Source: Vitreimonas sp. (lineage in GTDB: Bacteria > Patescibacteriota > Microgenomatia > UBA1400 > PJMF01). Taken from it: a stretch of DNA of 64,000 bases. Shown piece by piece: positions 19,503 to 28,339 of this stretch. Position numbers and translations under genes: made by a program. Below the pieces are notes generated by a model that saw only the letters and a list, made by a program, of their open reading frames with translations, had not been told where the DNA came from and searched no databases. How positions within the stretch are numbered: the stretch's first letter is position 1; each line of letters begins with the position of its first letter. The stretch covers positions 263,269-327,268 of the forward strand of contig DASPLQ010000012.1 in assembly GCA_035627515.1 (NCBI GenBank), read 5' to 3'.

Positions 19503-20672
19503 TTAAGAGTTTCTTAAATGAGTTCGGGCCCTAACACTGATCACACTTATCATGATCATCAACAAAAATATCAGATGTAACACCGGCGATACCTCTGGAT
19601 TGTCTTGAAACCGCTCTACATCGGTTAAACCAAACATAATTTCTTCTGGCAACGCTAATTCTTGGAGACGATCCGAGTATTTTTGCTCAAGATCAATTTG
19701 AAAAAACCCTAGCTGGCCATCAAAAGTAATTTGCTGACCAATCATCCGCGTGTTATCGATAGCTAGGATGGAGGTTGCTGCATCAGGGAGCTGTTGCACA
19801 GGCACCAGGGCTTTATTACCGTCAAAAGCATACAGCCATACTTGATGTTGGCCGTTTTTTATCACCCGAGCTATAAATTGAAAGTGAGGACTATTTTGGA
19901 CGGTAGCATGCCACTCAGTACCAGGTGGTAATGACAGATGTTCCAGTTGAGGCTTGGCTTCACTTAAATCTGCTATATATATTTGTGAAGGCATGCTCCT
20001 TAGATCAAAGTTACTAATAATCAAAAAAAGCTTATCACCATAGACTTCAGCGGAGACCATGGGTTGCCCTCGCAACTCACTCAAGGGGTTTTTTAAACGC
20101 CACTGTTGGCCGGTGACATAGTTTTCCACCAAGATAAAATATCGAGTACTATCCACCGCAATTGTTAAATCACCCACTACTAAATCATCTACATCAACTT
20201 GCCAATAATGGTCTTCCCTGTCATAAATCAAGCTGCTCATTTCACTCGTATCCTTTTCTTTCACCCCTAGTTTTATTCGCGGTGGTGCGCCAGCTGGCAA
20301 CACTAGTGACACATAATCAAACACATAAAAATCTGGATTGTTGATTGCTACGGCGGTGGTTTCTCCATTCAAAATGTTGATGATTTTGCCGGTAAAGAGA
20401 TTTGTATACGGTTGATCTACTACCAGAATGTAATGGTCTTGGCTGGCAATTATTTCACTCTGTTCAAGATTCATGGAGGTATGAAGCTCGGTGCCCAACT
20501 CTGGAATATTCACCCGTACGCGGTTATCCCGATCTGAGGTATCAAAATCTGAGTAAAAAAATAAAGTGGGCGGCGTAAACTCCTTACTGACAGCCAGCGC
20601 CCGCAACAATACAGCGGTCTCCCCTACCGCGCCAAAAACAAAACTACCAGCTTCTAGTCCTTTTCTAATCAT
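19503..20672 (-). CDS. hypothetical protein with C-terminal TM anchor
   Basis: 389-aa ORF with a hydrophobic C-terminus (VLHLIFLLMIMISVISV). No motifs. Confidence 0.4.
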   Translation of the reverse strand: MIRKGLEAGSFVFGAVGETAVLLRALAVSKEFTPPTLFFYSDFDTSDRDNRVRVNIPELGTELHTSMNLEQSEIIASQDHYILVVDQPYTNLFTGKIINILNGETTAVAINNPDFYVFDYVSLVLPAGAPPRIKLGVKEKDTSEMSSLIYDREDHYWQVDVDDLVVGDLTIAVDSTRYFILVENYVTGQQWRLKNPLSELRGQPMVSAEVYGDKLFLIISNFDLRSMPSQIYIADLSEAKPQLEHLSLPPGTEWHATVQNSPHFQFIARVIKNGQHQVWLYAFDGNKALVPVQQLPDAATSILAIDNTRMIGQQITFDGQLGFFQIDLEQKYSDRLQELALPEEIMFGLTDVERFQDNPEVSPVLHLIFLLMIMISVISVRARTHLRNS

Positions 20673-20786
20673 GTCGGGTATTATACGGCTCCATTTTTAA
20701 TATTTTATGAAATTTTCTCTTGATAATGGTAACAGGCCAAAAAAAACCACGCGGTGCGTGGTCAATTGAGAAATAATATGTAAACG

Positions 20787-20869
20787 TGCCAGGTGAAGGA
20801 TTCGAACCTACGAAGACAAATGTCAGCAGATTTACAGTCTGCCCCCGTTGACCACTTGGGTAACCTGGC
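20787..20869 (-). tRNA. trnY: tRNA-Tyr (anticodon GTA), class II with long variable arm
   Basis: The reverse complement gives GCCAGGT-TA-CCC..GGGG-GCAGA-CTGTAAA-TCTGC-long variable arm-TTCGAAT-..ACCTGGC-A. Confidence 0.7.
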
Positions 20870-20873
20870 CCTG

Positions 20874-20946
20874 AGCCTTCGCCGGGGTTCGAACCCGGTA
20901 CCTCATTCTTACCAAGAATGCGCTCTGCCAAGTGAGCTACGAAGGC
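20874..20946 (-). tRNA. trnT: tRNA-Thr (anticodon GGT)
   Basis: The reverse complement gives GCCTTCG-TA-GCTC..GAGC-G-CATTC-TTGGTAA-GAATG-AGGTA-CCGGG-TTCGAAC-CCCGG-CGAAGGC-T. Confidence 0.75.
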
Positions 20947-21044
20947 AATCAACTAACTTATGATGCCAATTTATGCCTCTCGGCACCAAAAAGTTCAGAG
21001 ATGTAGATTACTACACTTCAGGATTTTTCTCAATTAGGAAGCGG

Positions 21045-22163
21045 TTATTCTGCGAGTAACGCTGCAAAACCTTCTTTCGCTCGTTGCTCTGCTCTTTTCT
21101 GACTAGTAATACTAAGTTGAGACAGTAAAAATAAAAATTCAGGTAATGTCTTCGGTAAGGTTTGAACAATTTTTTCTGAATCTGTTGCACCCGCCACAAT
21201 AAATTTAGTAGGCATTTTATCGTGTCCATAAACTCGAGGATGATAAATTAATTCCTTATTAACAAGCAAACTATAAGCAACAATCTCAACCAACCGTTCC
21301 GTTGAAGTATCTGGACCAAAAACTCTCTCTATCTGATCCATTTTTTCAATTACTTCGTCGTCTAGAGGTCGAAAGGAATTATTACTGCCTTTACTCATTT
21401 CTGCCTTGAATATACCTACTTGCCCTATTACAGGATGTATCTTAACCTCTACCATTCGTCGTGGATCTTCATAAACCTTAACACCATCTACTATTTGTAA
21501 GGCAACTTTGAAATTATTTTTAACTAAAATCTGATCTAAAACCATTAACTCTTCTTCTGTGAAAGTGGCACCTGGCTGTAGGAATTTCTCTAAGTAAGAG
21601 TTTAGGCGAACAGGGCTAAATTTTTCATTTACTACTAGTTCCTCAGGAGTTGGCTCTACAGGTAAGACGGGCTCACTTAAAGTAGCTTTTGCTAACTCAA
21701 ATGTAAGTTCGCATTGATACCGAGTGGCAAAACCATTAAATCTTCCTTGGGCAAAATTGGTGGCCTTAATAGTGAAGTTGTGATCACCTTGTACTTGAAG
21801 GGTATACGTTTCATCGAAGTCACCTTTATTACTGACTTCAACCTGTGCCGAAGATCTTAATTGCTTAGCTAGCAAGTCTAGAGTTGGGACCACTTCCTGC
21901 TGGCTTAAAGTTAGCTCTAAGGTTTTTTTATCTCCCAGCGCTACAGTATGTTGTTTTCCAACTTCTAAATGGGAAAGCGGCAGTTGTCGAGAAGGAGCAC
22001 CCTCACCTCGGAGAGCATAGACTGCAGTTTTTAACTCTTCGTACACAGCAGGATTTACAGCTGAACTTTGTTCACTAGCATTTACCTTATCTTTACCCCA
22101 GCGAAGATAGCTTCTAAAGTCAAATTGTTTGCGGGTAGGTTTATTTTCGACTATGGCTGCCAT
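21045..22163 (-). CDS. hypothetical protein (372 aa) with its own extended -10 promoter and strong SD
   Basis: ORF preceded by AGGAGG and by TGATATAAT (minus strand, 22207..22215). No recognisable domain. Confidence 0.45.
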   Translation of the reverse strand: MAAIVENKPTRKQFDFRSYLRWGKDKVNASEQSSAVNPAVYEELKTAVYALRGEGAPSRQLPLSHLEVGKQHTVALGDKKTLELTLSQQEVVPTLDLLAKQLRSSAQVEVSNKGDFDETYTLQVQGDHNFTIKATNFAQGRFNGFATRYQCELTFELAKATLSEPVLPVEPTPEELVVNEKFSPVRLNSYLEKFLQPGATFTEEELMVLDQILVKNNFKVALQIVDGVKVYEDPRRMVEVKIHPVIGQVGIFKAEMSKGSNNSFRPLDDEVIEKMDQIERVFGPDTSTERLVEIVAYSLLVNKELIYHPRVYGHDKMPTKFIVAGATDSEKIVQTLPKTLPEFLFLLSQLSITSQKRAEQRAKEGFAALLAE

Positions 22164-22251
22164 GGTGCCTCCTGATGTAATTAAGTTTTTTTCGGCTGAT
22201 GGCCGGATTATATCACCTCAAAAAATCGAGCGCTGAGTGGTGTTTGGAAAC

Positions 22252-22479
22252 AAAAAAAAAGCCCCGCCCGCCAAGTGGCGGACAGGACTAAAACGTAGAA
22301 TACAGAAGGACTTTCACCTCCAAACTTGAGGGGCCCTGATCCCCCTAAGAAAACCAGGTGGGCAGGACGCCGCTAACTCCACGGAGCTAGCAAATGGACA
22401 ATCCATAAGCCCGAAAAAAAACATTATCGAGGAAATTCTATGCCCCCCAAGTTTGAATGTTAAAGTCTGTTAATGAACT
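22252..22479 (-). ncRNA. candidate ~230-nt small RNA of unknown class, bounded by a sigma70-like promoter and an intrinsic terminator
   Basis: Minus strand: TTGGCA-N17-TACTAT (22514..22486), then about 190 nt with 5'/3' complementarity (UUCAAACUUGGGGGG vs CCCCUCAAGUUUGGA), then a GC hairpin plus U9 (22285..22252). No ORF of 60 aa or more. Confidence 0.25.
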
Positions 22480-22542
22480 ATGAAGATAGTACCATTCCGC
22501 GCTCCGGTTGCCAACCAAAATTTAGTAAGAGTTTAGTAAGAA

Positions 22543-22585
22543 ACAAACAGCCCCCGTTTACTGGGGGCTGTAGTTTAAATTTAAA
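22543..22585 (-). terminator. intrinsic terminator downstream of galU
   Basis: Hairpin CAGCCCCC-agtaaac-GGGGGCTG followed by TTTGTTTCTT on the minus strand, about 20 nt past the galU stop. Confidence 0.45.
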
Positions 22586-22601
22586 ATTAAAAATTGATAC
22601 T

Positions 22602-23504
22602 TTACGCTGCCTGTCCTTGACTCAGCTCCTCTACCCACCCTTTGAGTTTAGAGCCGTATTTTTCTTGCTCCATCACAAATTTTAAGTGCGCTTTGAAGTA
22701 GTTTTCAGGGTCACCAGTCGTCATCCATTCGCCACGGGTGACTTCCACTCGGACGGTTTTTTCGGCAGCTAAGCGTGTGATAGCATCCACAGTCCACAAC
22801 TCACTGTCTTTGCCGGTGTTATTAGGGTTTAAGTGTTGGAAAATAGATGGCTTCACCAAGTAACGTCCATAGGAAGCTAAGCGTGAGGGCTCACTACCTT
22901 TATCTGGTTTTTCAATAATATTGTCGAGCTCATTTTGAGAACCAGCTTTGAAGGAAATAATACCGTATTTATCAACTACTTCAGGACTGACCTCTTGAGC
23001 CATGATGATACCCTCCACACTCGGATCTTGTTCGTACAAATCCACCATGGTTTTGGCGTCACCAGGGTTGCCAAAAACAATGTCATCGCTATACAAGACT
23101 AAAAAGGCTTCTTCGCCTTCAACAAATTTTTGGGCAGAGGCCACGGGGGAACCGTTTCCATATGGTAAGCTTGGATCTTGAGTAATAACCACAATCTTAG
23201 GAAAATCTAAAACGTGTTGCACTGGCTCGTAGCGATCTTCTTTACCCTGAGCAGACAGTTGTTTGCGGATACGATTCACATTATTGTTGAAGTAATCCAC
23301 ATAAATGGGCTCACCCTCGGGAGTCGCCACCACGATGATCTCTTCGATGCCCGCTTCTACACATTCTTCTACGACAAACTGCATAATAGGACGATTACCT
23401 AAAGGCAACATTGCCTTGGGAATCGTTTTGGTAATCGGTAAATAGCGACTGGCAAAGCCGGCATCAGTGATGATGGCTTTCTTCACTCGTTTTTGATCGG
23501 ACAT
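22602..23504 (-). CDS. galU: UTP--glucose-1-phosphate uridylyltransferase
   Basis: KAIITDAGFASRYLPITKTIPKAMLPLGNRPIMQFVVEE matches the GalU N-terminal nucleotide-binding signature. Confidence 0.8.
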   Translation of the reverse strand: MSDQKRVKKAIITDAGFASRYLPITKTIPKAMLPLGNRPIMQFVVEECVEAGIEEIIVVATPEGEPIYVDYFNNNVNRIRKQLSAQGKEDRYEPVQHVLDFPKIVVITQDPSLPYGNGSPVASAQKFVEGEEAFLVLYSDDIVFGNPGDAKTMVDLYEQDPSVEGIIMAQEVSPEVVDKYGIISFKAGSQNELDNIIEKPDKGSEPSRLASYGRYLVKPSIFQHLNPNNTGKDSELWTVDAITRLAAEKTVRVEVTRGEWMTTGDPENYFKAHLKFVMEQEKYGSKLKGWVEELSQGQAA

Positions 23505-23635
23505 ACGTTCTCCTTACTACCTTACTGGCGCCATTATAGCCTGCTCTCTCCAGCTGTGCTATTTGAATTTTGATTGAGGACAATTTGCCGTCTCGCACTT
23601 GTCAGTAATTCCAGATTCATTTATTCTTAAATATT

Positions 23636-24013
23636 GTGTCACTGCCTTTTGCCCGCCAATCTGCGTCTACCTTGCTACAATCCCCACCCGTTTTCTTTGG
23701 TTTACTGGTAATGTTGATGGTCATTCCCTTTGGTCTGATGGCAGTCACTCAACCTACCAACCTTTCACCGCGGGCGAACACCCCAGTCACTCCCCCGATC
23801 ACACCACCTGGCAGCACTCCTAGCCCCACTCCTTCGCCACTGCCTTCAGCTGACATTAATAATGACTCGAAAGTCAACTTGGCTGATTACACATTGTTAT
23901 CACAAGAATTTATGCAGACTGGTCCTAATTTAAACAGTGATTTGAATAACGATAATAAGGTAGATTTAGCTGACTACACTATTTTGGCTCAACAATTTGG
24001 AATTGGGCTCTAG
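23636..24013 (+). CDS. small secreted protein with a dockerin type I-like repeat pair
   Basis: TM/signal segment, Pro/Thr-rich linker, then two Ca-binding-like repeats DINNDSKVNLADYTLL and DLNNDNKVDLADYTIL. Confidence 0.5.
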   Translation: MSLPFARQSASTLLQSPPVFFGLLVMLMVIPFGLMAVTQPTNLSPRANTPVTPPITPPGSTPSPTPSPLPSADINNDSKVNLADYTLLSQEFMQTGPNLNSDLNNDNKVDLADYTILAQQFGIGL

Positions 24014-24052
24014 AATTAGTATTATTAAAAATGCTAGAGTAATGTCTGTATC

Positions 24053-25921
24053 ATGAACAAAACCGTCGACAACAAAATTATTCACGTCCATAAACAATCC
24101 TGGACTAAAATGTTGAACCGCTTCGGTATCTTGGTCTCAGTAGCCTTGATTGTGATTGGCGCTTTAGGCTTAGTTTTCATTCAAAAACCTCTCCGCGATG
24201 AAAACCTGGACTTACGCGAAAAAGCCGCCACCAGTACTGGCTTAGTATTGGTTAGTACTTCTCCTGCCTCTGGCACCAGCTTTTTGCCTAACCAAGCTCA
24301 AACCATCAATTTACAAGCTAATACCCAAAATGTCCAAACTGATGGCATCCAATTAGTCTTCAACATCGTCACCAGCACTTTTACCGCCCCGCCTACTATT
24401 ACTGTTCCTGCGAATACTGGTTTAGAGATCGGTTATTTAGAAATTGAAGGCACCAACGATGGCTTTTTGGTCTCGATGATTGTGTTACCAGATAATATTC
24501 AAGACACTTACTCCACTTCCTCACCAGAAACGTTTGCGCAAATTAACTTCACGCCTACCCAACCGGGCACAATTACTTTCAACTTTGACGTGGAGAACTC
24601 ATTATCTACTGTCCACGCTAGTAACCCACCTCGTGATGAGTTGCGCATCGTGAGTAGCTCTAATTACATTGTTGCTAACTTAAACAGTCCTAGTCCTACC
24701 CCCTCAGCCACTCCTGGCGCTTCCGCTTCACCCAGTCCTTCACCAAGTGCGACTCCTACAGCCAGCGCTTCACCTGCTGCAAGTGCTAGTCCCGCCGCCA
24801 GTGCCAGCCCAGCTGCGTCAGCCTCTCCAGCGGCCAGTGCTTCGCCTATCACTTCGGCTTCACCCAGTCCCTCGCCGAGTGCTTCACCCGCCACTGGGGG
24901 CACCACGTACCGCCAATGTAATGAGCAATGTAATAGTAACGCCGAGTGTGCTGCTAATCACCGCTGTTACGAAAACCGCTGTCGCTTAGTGACTAATGTC
25001 TCGAGTACCAGCTGTGCTGCTGCTGCTGACCAAGGTCTCAACCGCTTGTGTAATCAATACTGTGCTGATGCCCGTGAGTGTGCTTCCGGATACTCATGTT
25101 TTAATAATCGCTGTCGCCGCGCCGATAACCCAGATAACACCAGCTGTGCTCTCCCTACCCAGGTAGTGCAACAACAAATTATCAATGGCTGTAATAAGAC
25201 CTGTTTGACCAACGCCGAGTGTGCTACCAACTTACGTTGCTACAATGGCAGTTGTCGCTTAGCCACTAACCCAAGTAGTTTGACCTGTACGGCTACTTCT
25301 ACTAAATCAGTCTCGCCTCTCTATAGTAAGGGTGGAAAAGGTGGCTCTGCAGCCGATCAAGATCCAGCTGCCTCACCAGCCAGCCCTCAACCTAGTGGTT
25401 CACCCCGACCCACCTTTGTCGCTTCACCTCGCCCTACTGCCGTAGCCTCGGTTGCACCAACTCCCGCCCCTGAAGAGACCTCAGATGCCAGTAGTTTCTT
25501 AACTCGCTTCTTGAGCGGACTCGGTGGCTCAGGGTTCTCATTCCCAGCCTTAGCTTTAGCCGCTGGTCTAGGATTATTACTACTGTTACTCTTGGTGGCT
25601 TTATTTGGAGCTTTGTTCCGTCGTCGTAAGGATCCAGCTGGCCCTATGGTCGTCAAACGCTCACCTGCCCCTACTGCTTATGAACAATCATTACAAGACC
25701 GTATCAATCAATTAAAAGGTACTGAGCACGGCCCAGCCACTGGCCCTAGTATGCCAGCCCGCCCCATGCCACCAGTCTCACCTGTGCCTCCAACTACACC
25801 AGCTCGCCCACCGATGAGCCCTGTGGCTCAACCTCAGGCTCCAGCCAACACGACCGGTAATTCGTCCATGCTGGAGCGCTTAAAACAAAAAGGCATCTCG
25901 ACGCCGCAATCAGATACTTAG
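24053..25921 (+). CDS. surface protein with N-terminal anchor, (PAASAS)n low-complexity linker, three ~33-aa six-Cys modules, C-terminal TM and Pro-rich cytoplasmic tail
   Basis: Repeats CNEQCNSNAECAANHRCYENRCRLVTNVSSTSC, CNQYCADARECASGYSCFNNRCRRADNPDNTSC and CNKTCLTNAECATNLRCYNGSCRLATNPSSLTC. Also the TM segment ALALAAGLGLLLLLLLVALFGALF. Confidence 0.5.
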   Translation: MNKTVDNKIIHVHKQSWTKMLNRFGILVSVALIVIGALGLVFIQKPLRDENLDLREKAATSTGLVLVSTSPASGTSFLPNQAQTINLQANTQNVQTDGIQLVFNIVTSTFTAPPTITVPANTGLEIGYLEIEGTNDGFLVSMIVLPDNIQDTYSTSSPETFAQINFTPTQPGTITFNFDVENSLSTVHASNPPRDELRIVSSSNYIVANLNSPSPTPSATPGASASPSPSPSATPTASASPAASASPAASASPAASASPAASASPITSASPSPSPSASPATGGTTYRQCNEQCNSNAECAANHRCYENRCRLVTNVSSTSCAAAADQGLNRLCNQYCADARECASGYSCFNNRCRRADNPDNTSCALPTQVVQQQIINGCNKTCLTNAECATNLRCYNGSCRLATNPSSLTCTATSTKSVSPLYSKGGKGGSAADQDPAASPASPQPSGSPRPTFVASPRPTAVASVAPTPAPEETSDASSFLTRFLSGLGGSGFSFPALALAAGLGLLLLLLLVALFGALFRRRKDPAGPMVVKRSPAPTAYEQSLQDRINQLKGTEHGPATGPSMPARPMPPVSPVPPTTPARPPMSPVAQPQAPANTTGNSSMLERLKQKGISTPQSDT

Positions 25922-25988
25922 CTTTATATACCAGGCTATTAAGCTGGTGATTCCAGACCAGCTGAGAGTTTGATACAATACCACATCT

Positions 25989-26174
25989 ATGGTCAGTCCC
26001 ATTCAGTACGTCCGCGAGGTGAATCAAGAGTTACAAAAAGTCTCGTGGCCGAGCCGTCAACAGACCATCCAAATGACGGCGTTAGTGATTGGGGTGAGCG
26101 CCTTAGTGGGCCTCTATATCGCTGGCTTAGACGTGCTTTTTCAGTACGCATTACGGATCTTAATTAATAGGTAA
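25989..26174 (+). CDS. secE: preprotein translocase subunit SecE
   Basis: 61 aa. VREVNQELQKVSWPSRQQTIQMTALVIGVSALVGLYIAGLD matches the SecE conserved region. Lies immediately upstream of nusG. Confidence 0.7.
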   Translation: MVSPIQYVREVNQELQKVSWPSRQQTIQMTALVIGVSALVGLYIAGLDVLFQYALRILINR

Positions 26175-26178
26175 CACT

Positions 26179-26811
26179 ATGAACCAAACTCAACCAGAAC
26201 CAACTCAAGATCAATTAACTCCTCCTGAAGTCCAGGAAGTTAAGGTCTCTACTCCCAACATGATTGTTGTCTCCGATGCAGTCAATAAAAAGGCTCGTTG
26301 GTACGTGGTCCACACCTATTCTGGTCATGAGAATAAAGTCGCTGAAACGCTGAAACAACGCGCTGAAACCTTAAACTTAACTGACAAAATCCTCGAGATT
26401 TTAATTCCTACTCAGGAAAAAATTCAAATCAAACGTGGTCAACGCAAAACCGTCAACGAAAAGATTTTCCCTGGTTACATGCTCGTCCACATGGAACTGA
26501 CTGACGAATCATGGTTAGCCGTCCGCACTACCCAAGGTGTGACTGGCTTCGTGGGCGTGGGCAACAAGCCTACTCCCCTGCCTAAACATGAAGTCGAAGC
26601 CATTTCTAAGTTCATGACTCAAGCTACCCCACAATTCAAAGCCGAGTTTGTGGAAGGCGAAGCAGTCCGGATTGTGGATGGTCCATTCAACGACTTCTTG
26701 GGCACCGTCAAATCCATCAACGAAGAAAAAGGCAAAGTGGAAGTCTTGGTCTCTATTTTCGGCCGCGAAACGCCCGTGGAGCTGGACTTCTTGCAGGTTA
26801 ATAAGGTTTAG
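26179..26811 (+). CDS. nusG: transcription termination/antitermination factor NusG (with ~35-aa N-terminal extension)
   Basis: WYVVHTYSGHENKV...FPGYMLVHM...GVTGFVG (NGN domain) and GEAVRIVDGPFNDFLGTV (KOW). Confidence 0.8.
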   Translation: MNQTQPEPTQDQLTPPEVQEVKVSTPNMIVVSDAVNKKARWYVVHTYSGHENKVAETLKQRAETLNLTDKILEILIPTQEKIQIKRGQRKTVNEKIFPGYMLVHMELTDESWLAVRTTQGVTGFVGVGNKPTPLPKHEVEAISKFMTQATPQFKAEFVEGEAVRIVDGPFNDFLGTVKSINEEKGKVEVLVSIFGRETPVELDFLQVNKV

Positions 26812-26878
26812 TTTTCTTTCCAAGTTGTGATTTTTTACTCATAGTCACTCACTTAAAGTGAAACTATAATGCCGGCCT

Positions 26879-27685
26879 ATGGCCCGACGCATTGATCAAG
26901 ATCCTGTTACTTCGTTTCGAAATTTTTTACGCACTGTATCTCGTCCTGAGAACTCTATCGACAAACGCGCAGGCGCCCTGTGGAAAGTGATGGTAGTCAT
27001 AGGAATTCTAGGGTTTTTACACCTTTATCCCGAAAGACCAGTTACCATAGATACAGCTCTTAATGCGCTTAATTATCAACCGAGCACCTTAGAATCAAGT
27101 ATTTCCCCAATGAGCGAGGCACGCGTGATCAGCTTACTTAAGATTGTTTTAAGCGAACACCAACACTTACCCTCAGACCTATACATCACCCTCTCGCCCA
27201 ACCGCGTGTATGCTTACAATTCTCACCAACCGATGTCTCATACTCCTGCTAACGCAGTTTCCTTGAAAATTTCACCGGAGGGGTTCTTCATCACTTATTT
27301 TGATGCCATGGATACCGAACTAGCTATCTCTCAAGGCGAAGCGGAAAAATATGTCCAGTATCTGCGCACCACTGCTAGTTGGGATGTGGCATTAGCTACT
27401 TCTCAACTTGTCACCCATTTACCTGACGTTCAATATCACTGCATGTCGGCGCACCAAGCTGAAGTAACTAGCGATGGTATTAGTCCTCAAAATCAAAACC
27501 ACACTCTTATCCTCCTTAACTTACTCGATCCTCATGAAAATGTGGAACTAGCCTATAAACCTAACGAAAAACCAGCGGTGGTCATACCAAATAGGGGTTG
27601 GATGAGTAGTCTGGGTCAGCTGTCCCAGAAAGATGTAATCGCTACTATCGAAACTATTTGTGAGCTCACTTTTAATGGGAAATAA
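26879..27685 (+). CDS. hypothetical membrane-anchored protein inserted between nusG and rplK
   Basis: 268-aa ORF with one TM (WKVMVVIGILGFLHL). No motifs. Confidence 0.4.
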   Translation: MARRIDQDPVTSFRNFLRTVSRPENSIDKRAGALWKVMVVIGILGFLHLYPERPVTIDTALNALNYQPSTLESSISPMSEARVISLLKIVLSEHQHLPSDLYITLSPNRVYAYNSHQPMSHTPANAVSLKISPEGFFITYFDAMDTELAISQGEAEKYVQYLRTTASWDVALATSQLVTHLPDVQYHCMSAHQAEVTSDGISPQNQNHTLILLNLLDPHENVELAYKPNEKPAVVIPNRGWMSSLGQLSQKDVIATIETICELTFNGK

Positions 27686-27892
27686 CTTCGCTATATCATT
27701 TATGTTATAATTCACTTCTCGCCATACCTCGGCGACGCAAGTTATTAGGGATAACCTGCACCTAAATTGAGGGAGCAAACCGATTTGCGGTGAGCGAAAA
27801 CAACTTCTTAGCTTCTAGAGAATTGTCTTCTTCTCATCCAGTGGTTTCTCACATCAACAACTAACAATGTAAATTACTCCTAAGGAGTGTGT

Positions 27893-28315
27893 ATGGCTAA
27901 AAAAATTGTCAACGTTTTGAAACTGAACCTACCAGCTGGTAGTGCTACTCCAGCTCCTCCAGTCGGTCCTATCTTAGGTCAAGCTGGTATTAACATGATG
28001 GACTTCTTGAAGCAATATAACGACAAGACATCCGATAAACGTGGTCAAATCATCCCCGCTGAAATCACTATCTTCGAAGATCGTTCATTCAAGTTCGTTT
28101 TGAAGTTGCCTCCTGTAGCAGAAATGATTAAGCAAACCTTGAAATTAAAAATGGGTAGTAAAACAGCTGGCCGCGAAACCATTGGTACTTTAACCATGGA
28201 CCAAGTCAAAGCCATTGCTGAACAAAAACTCCCTGATTTAAACACCAAGAGTTTAGACTCAGCTATTAATAGTGTGATTGGCACGGCTCGAAGTATGGGC
28301 GTGGCAGTTAGATAA
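27893..28315 (+). CDS. rplK: 50S ribosomal protein L11
   Basis: MAKKIVNVLKLNLPAGSATPAPPVGPILGQAGINMMDF. AAGGAG SD lies 7 nt upstream. The ORF-track start at 27887 is 2 codons too long. Confidence 0.85.
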   Translation: MAKKIVNVLKLNLPAGSATPAPPVGPILGQAGINMMDFLKQYNDKTSDKRGQIIPAEITIFEDRSFKFVLKLPPVAEMIKQTLKLKMGSKTAGRETIGTLTMDQVKAIAEQKLPDLNTKSLDSAINSVIGTARSMGVAVR

Positions 28316-28339
28316 TCGTAATTTCGAACAGGAGTTTAT

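Noticed and set aside
20665-20952. 95-aa ORF on the minus strand
   Set aside because: It lies entirely over the tRNA-Tyr and tRNA-Thr(GGT) genes. Its sequence (Gly/Pro/Ser-rich) is just the translation of tRNA DNA.
22252-22540. Assignment of the candidate sRNA to RNase P, SRP (4.5S/scRNA) or tmRNA
   Set aside because: Only a GAAAGUCC octamer resembles the RNase P P4 strand. The region is too short (about 230 nt) and lacks the second P4 strand, the SRP domain IV GGAA/AGCAG motifs and any tRNA-like end. It is left unclassified.
22473-22685. 70-aa plus-strand ORF
   Set aside because: It spans the galU 3' end and its terminator hairpin. No RBS, and better explained by non-coding elements.
24664-24989. 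80-aa ORFs on both strands (24664..24906 minus, 24747..24989 plus)
   Set aside because: They are alternative-frame or antisense readings of the GC-rich (PAASAS)n repeat region inside the 622-aa surface protein gene.
27686-27892. L1-binding autoregulatory site in the rplK leader
   Set aside because: A GGGAGCAAACCGAUUUGCGGUGAGC segment vaguely resembles the GGGAG...CUC L1 site, but I cannot establish the required helix and asymmetric loop by eye. Not asserted.
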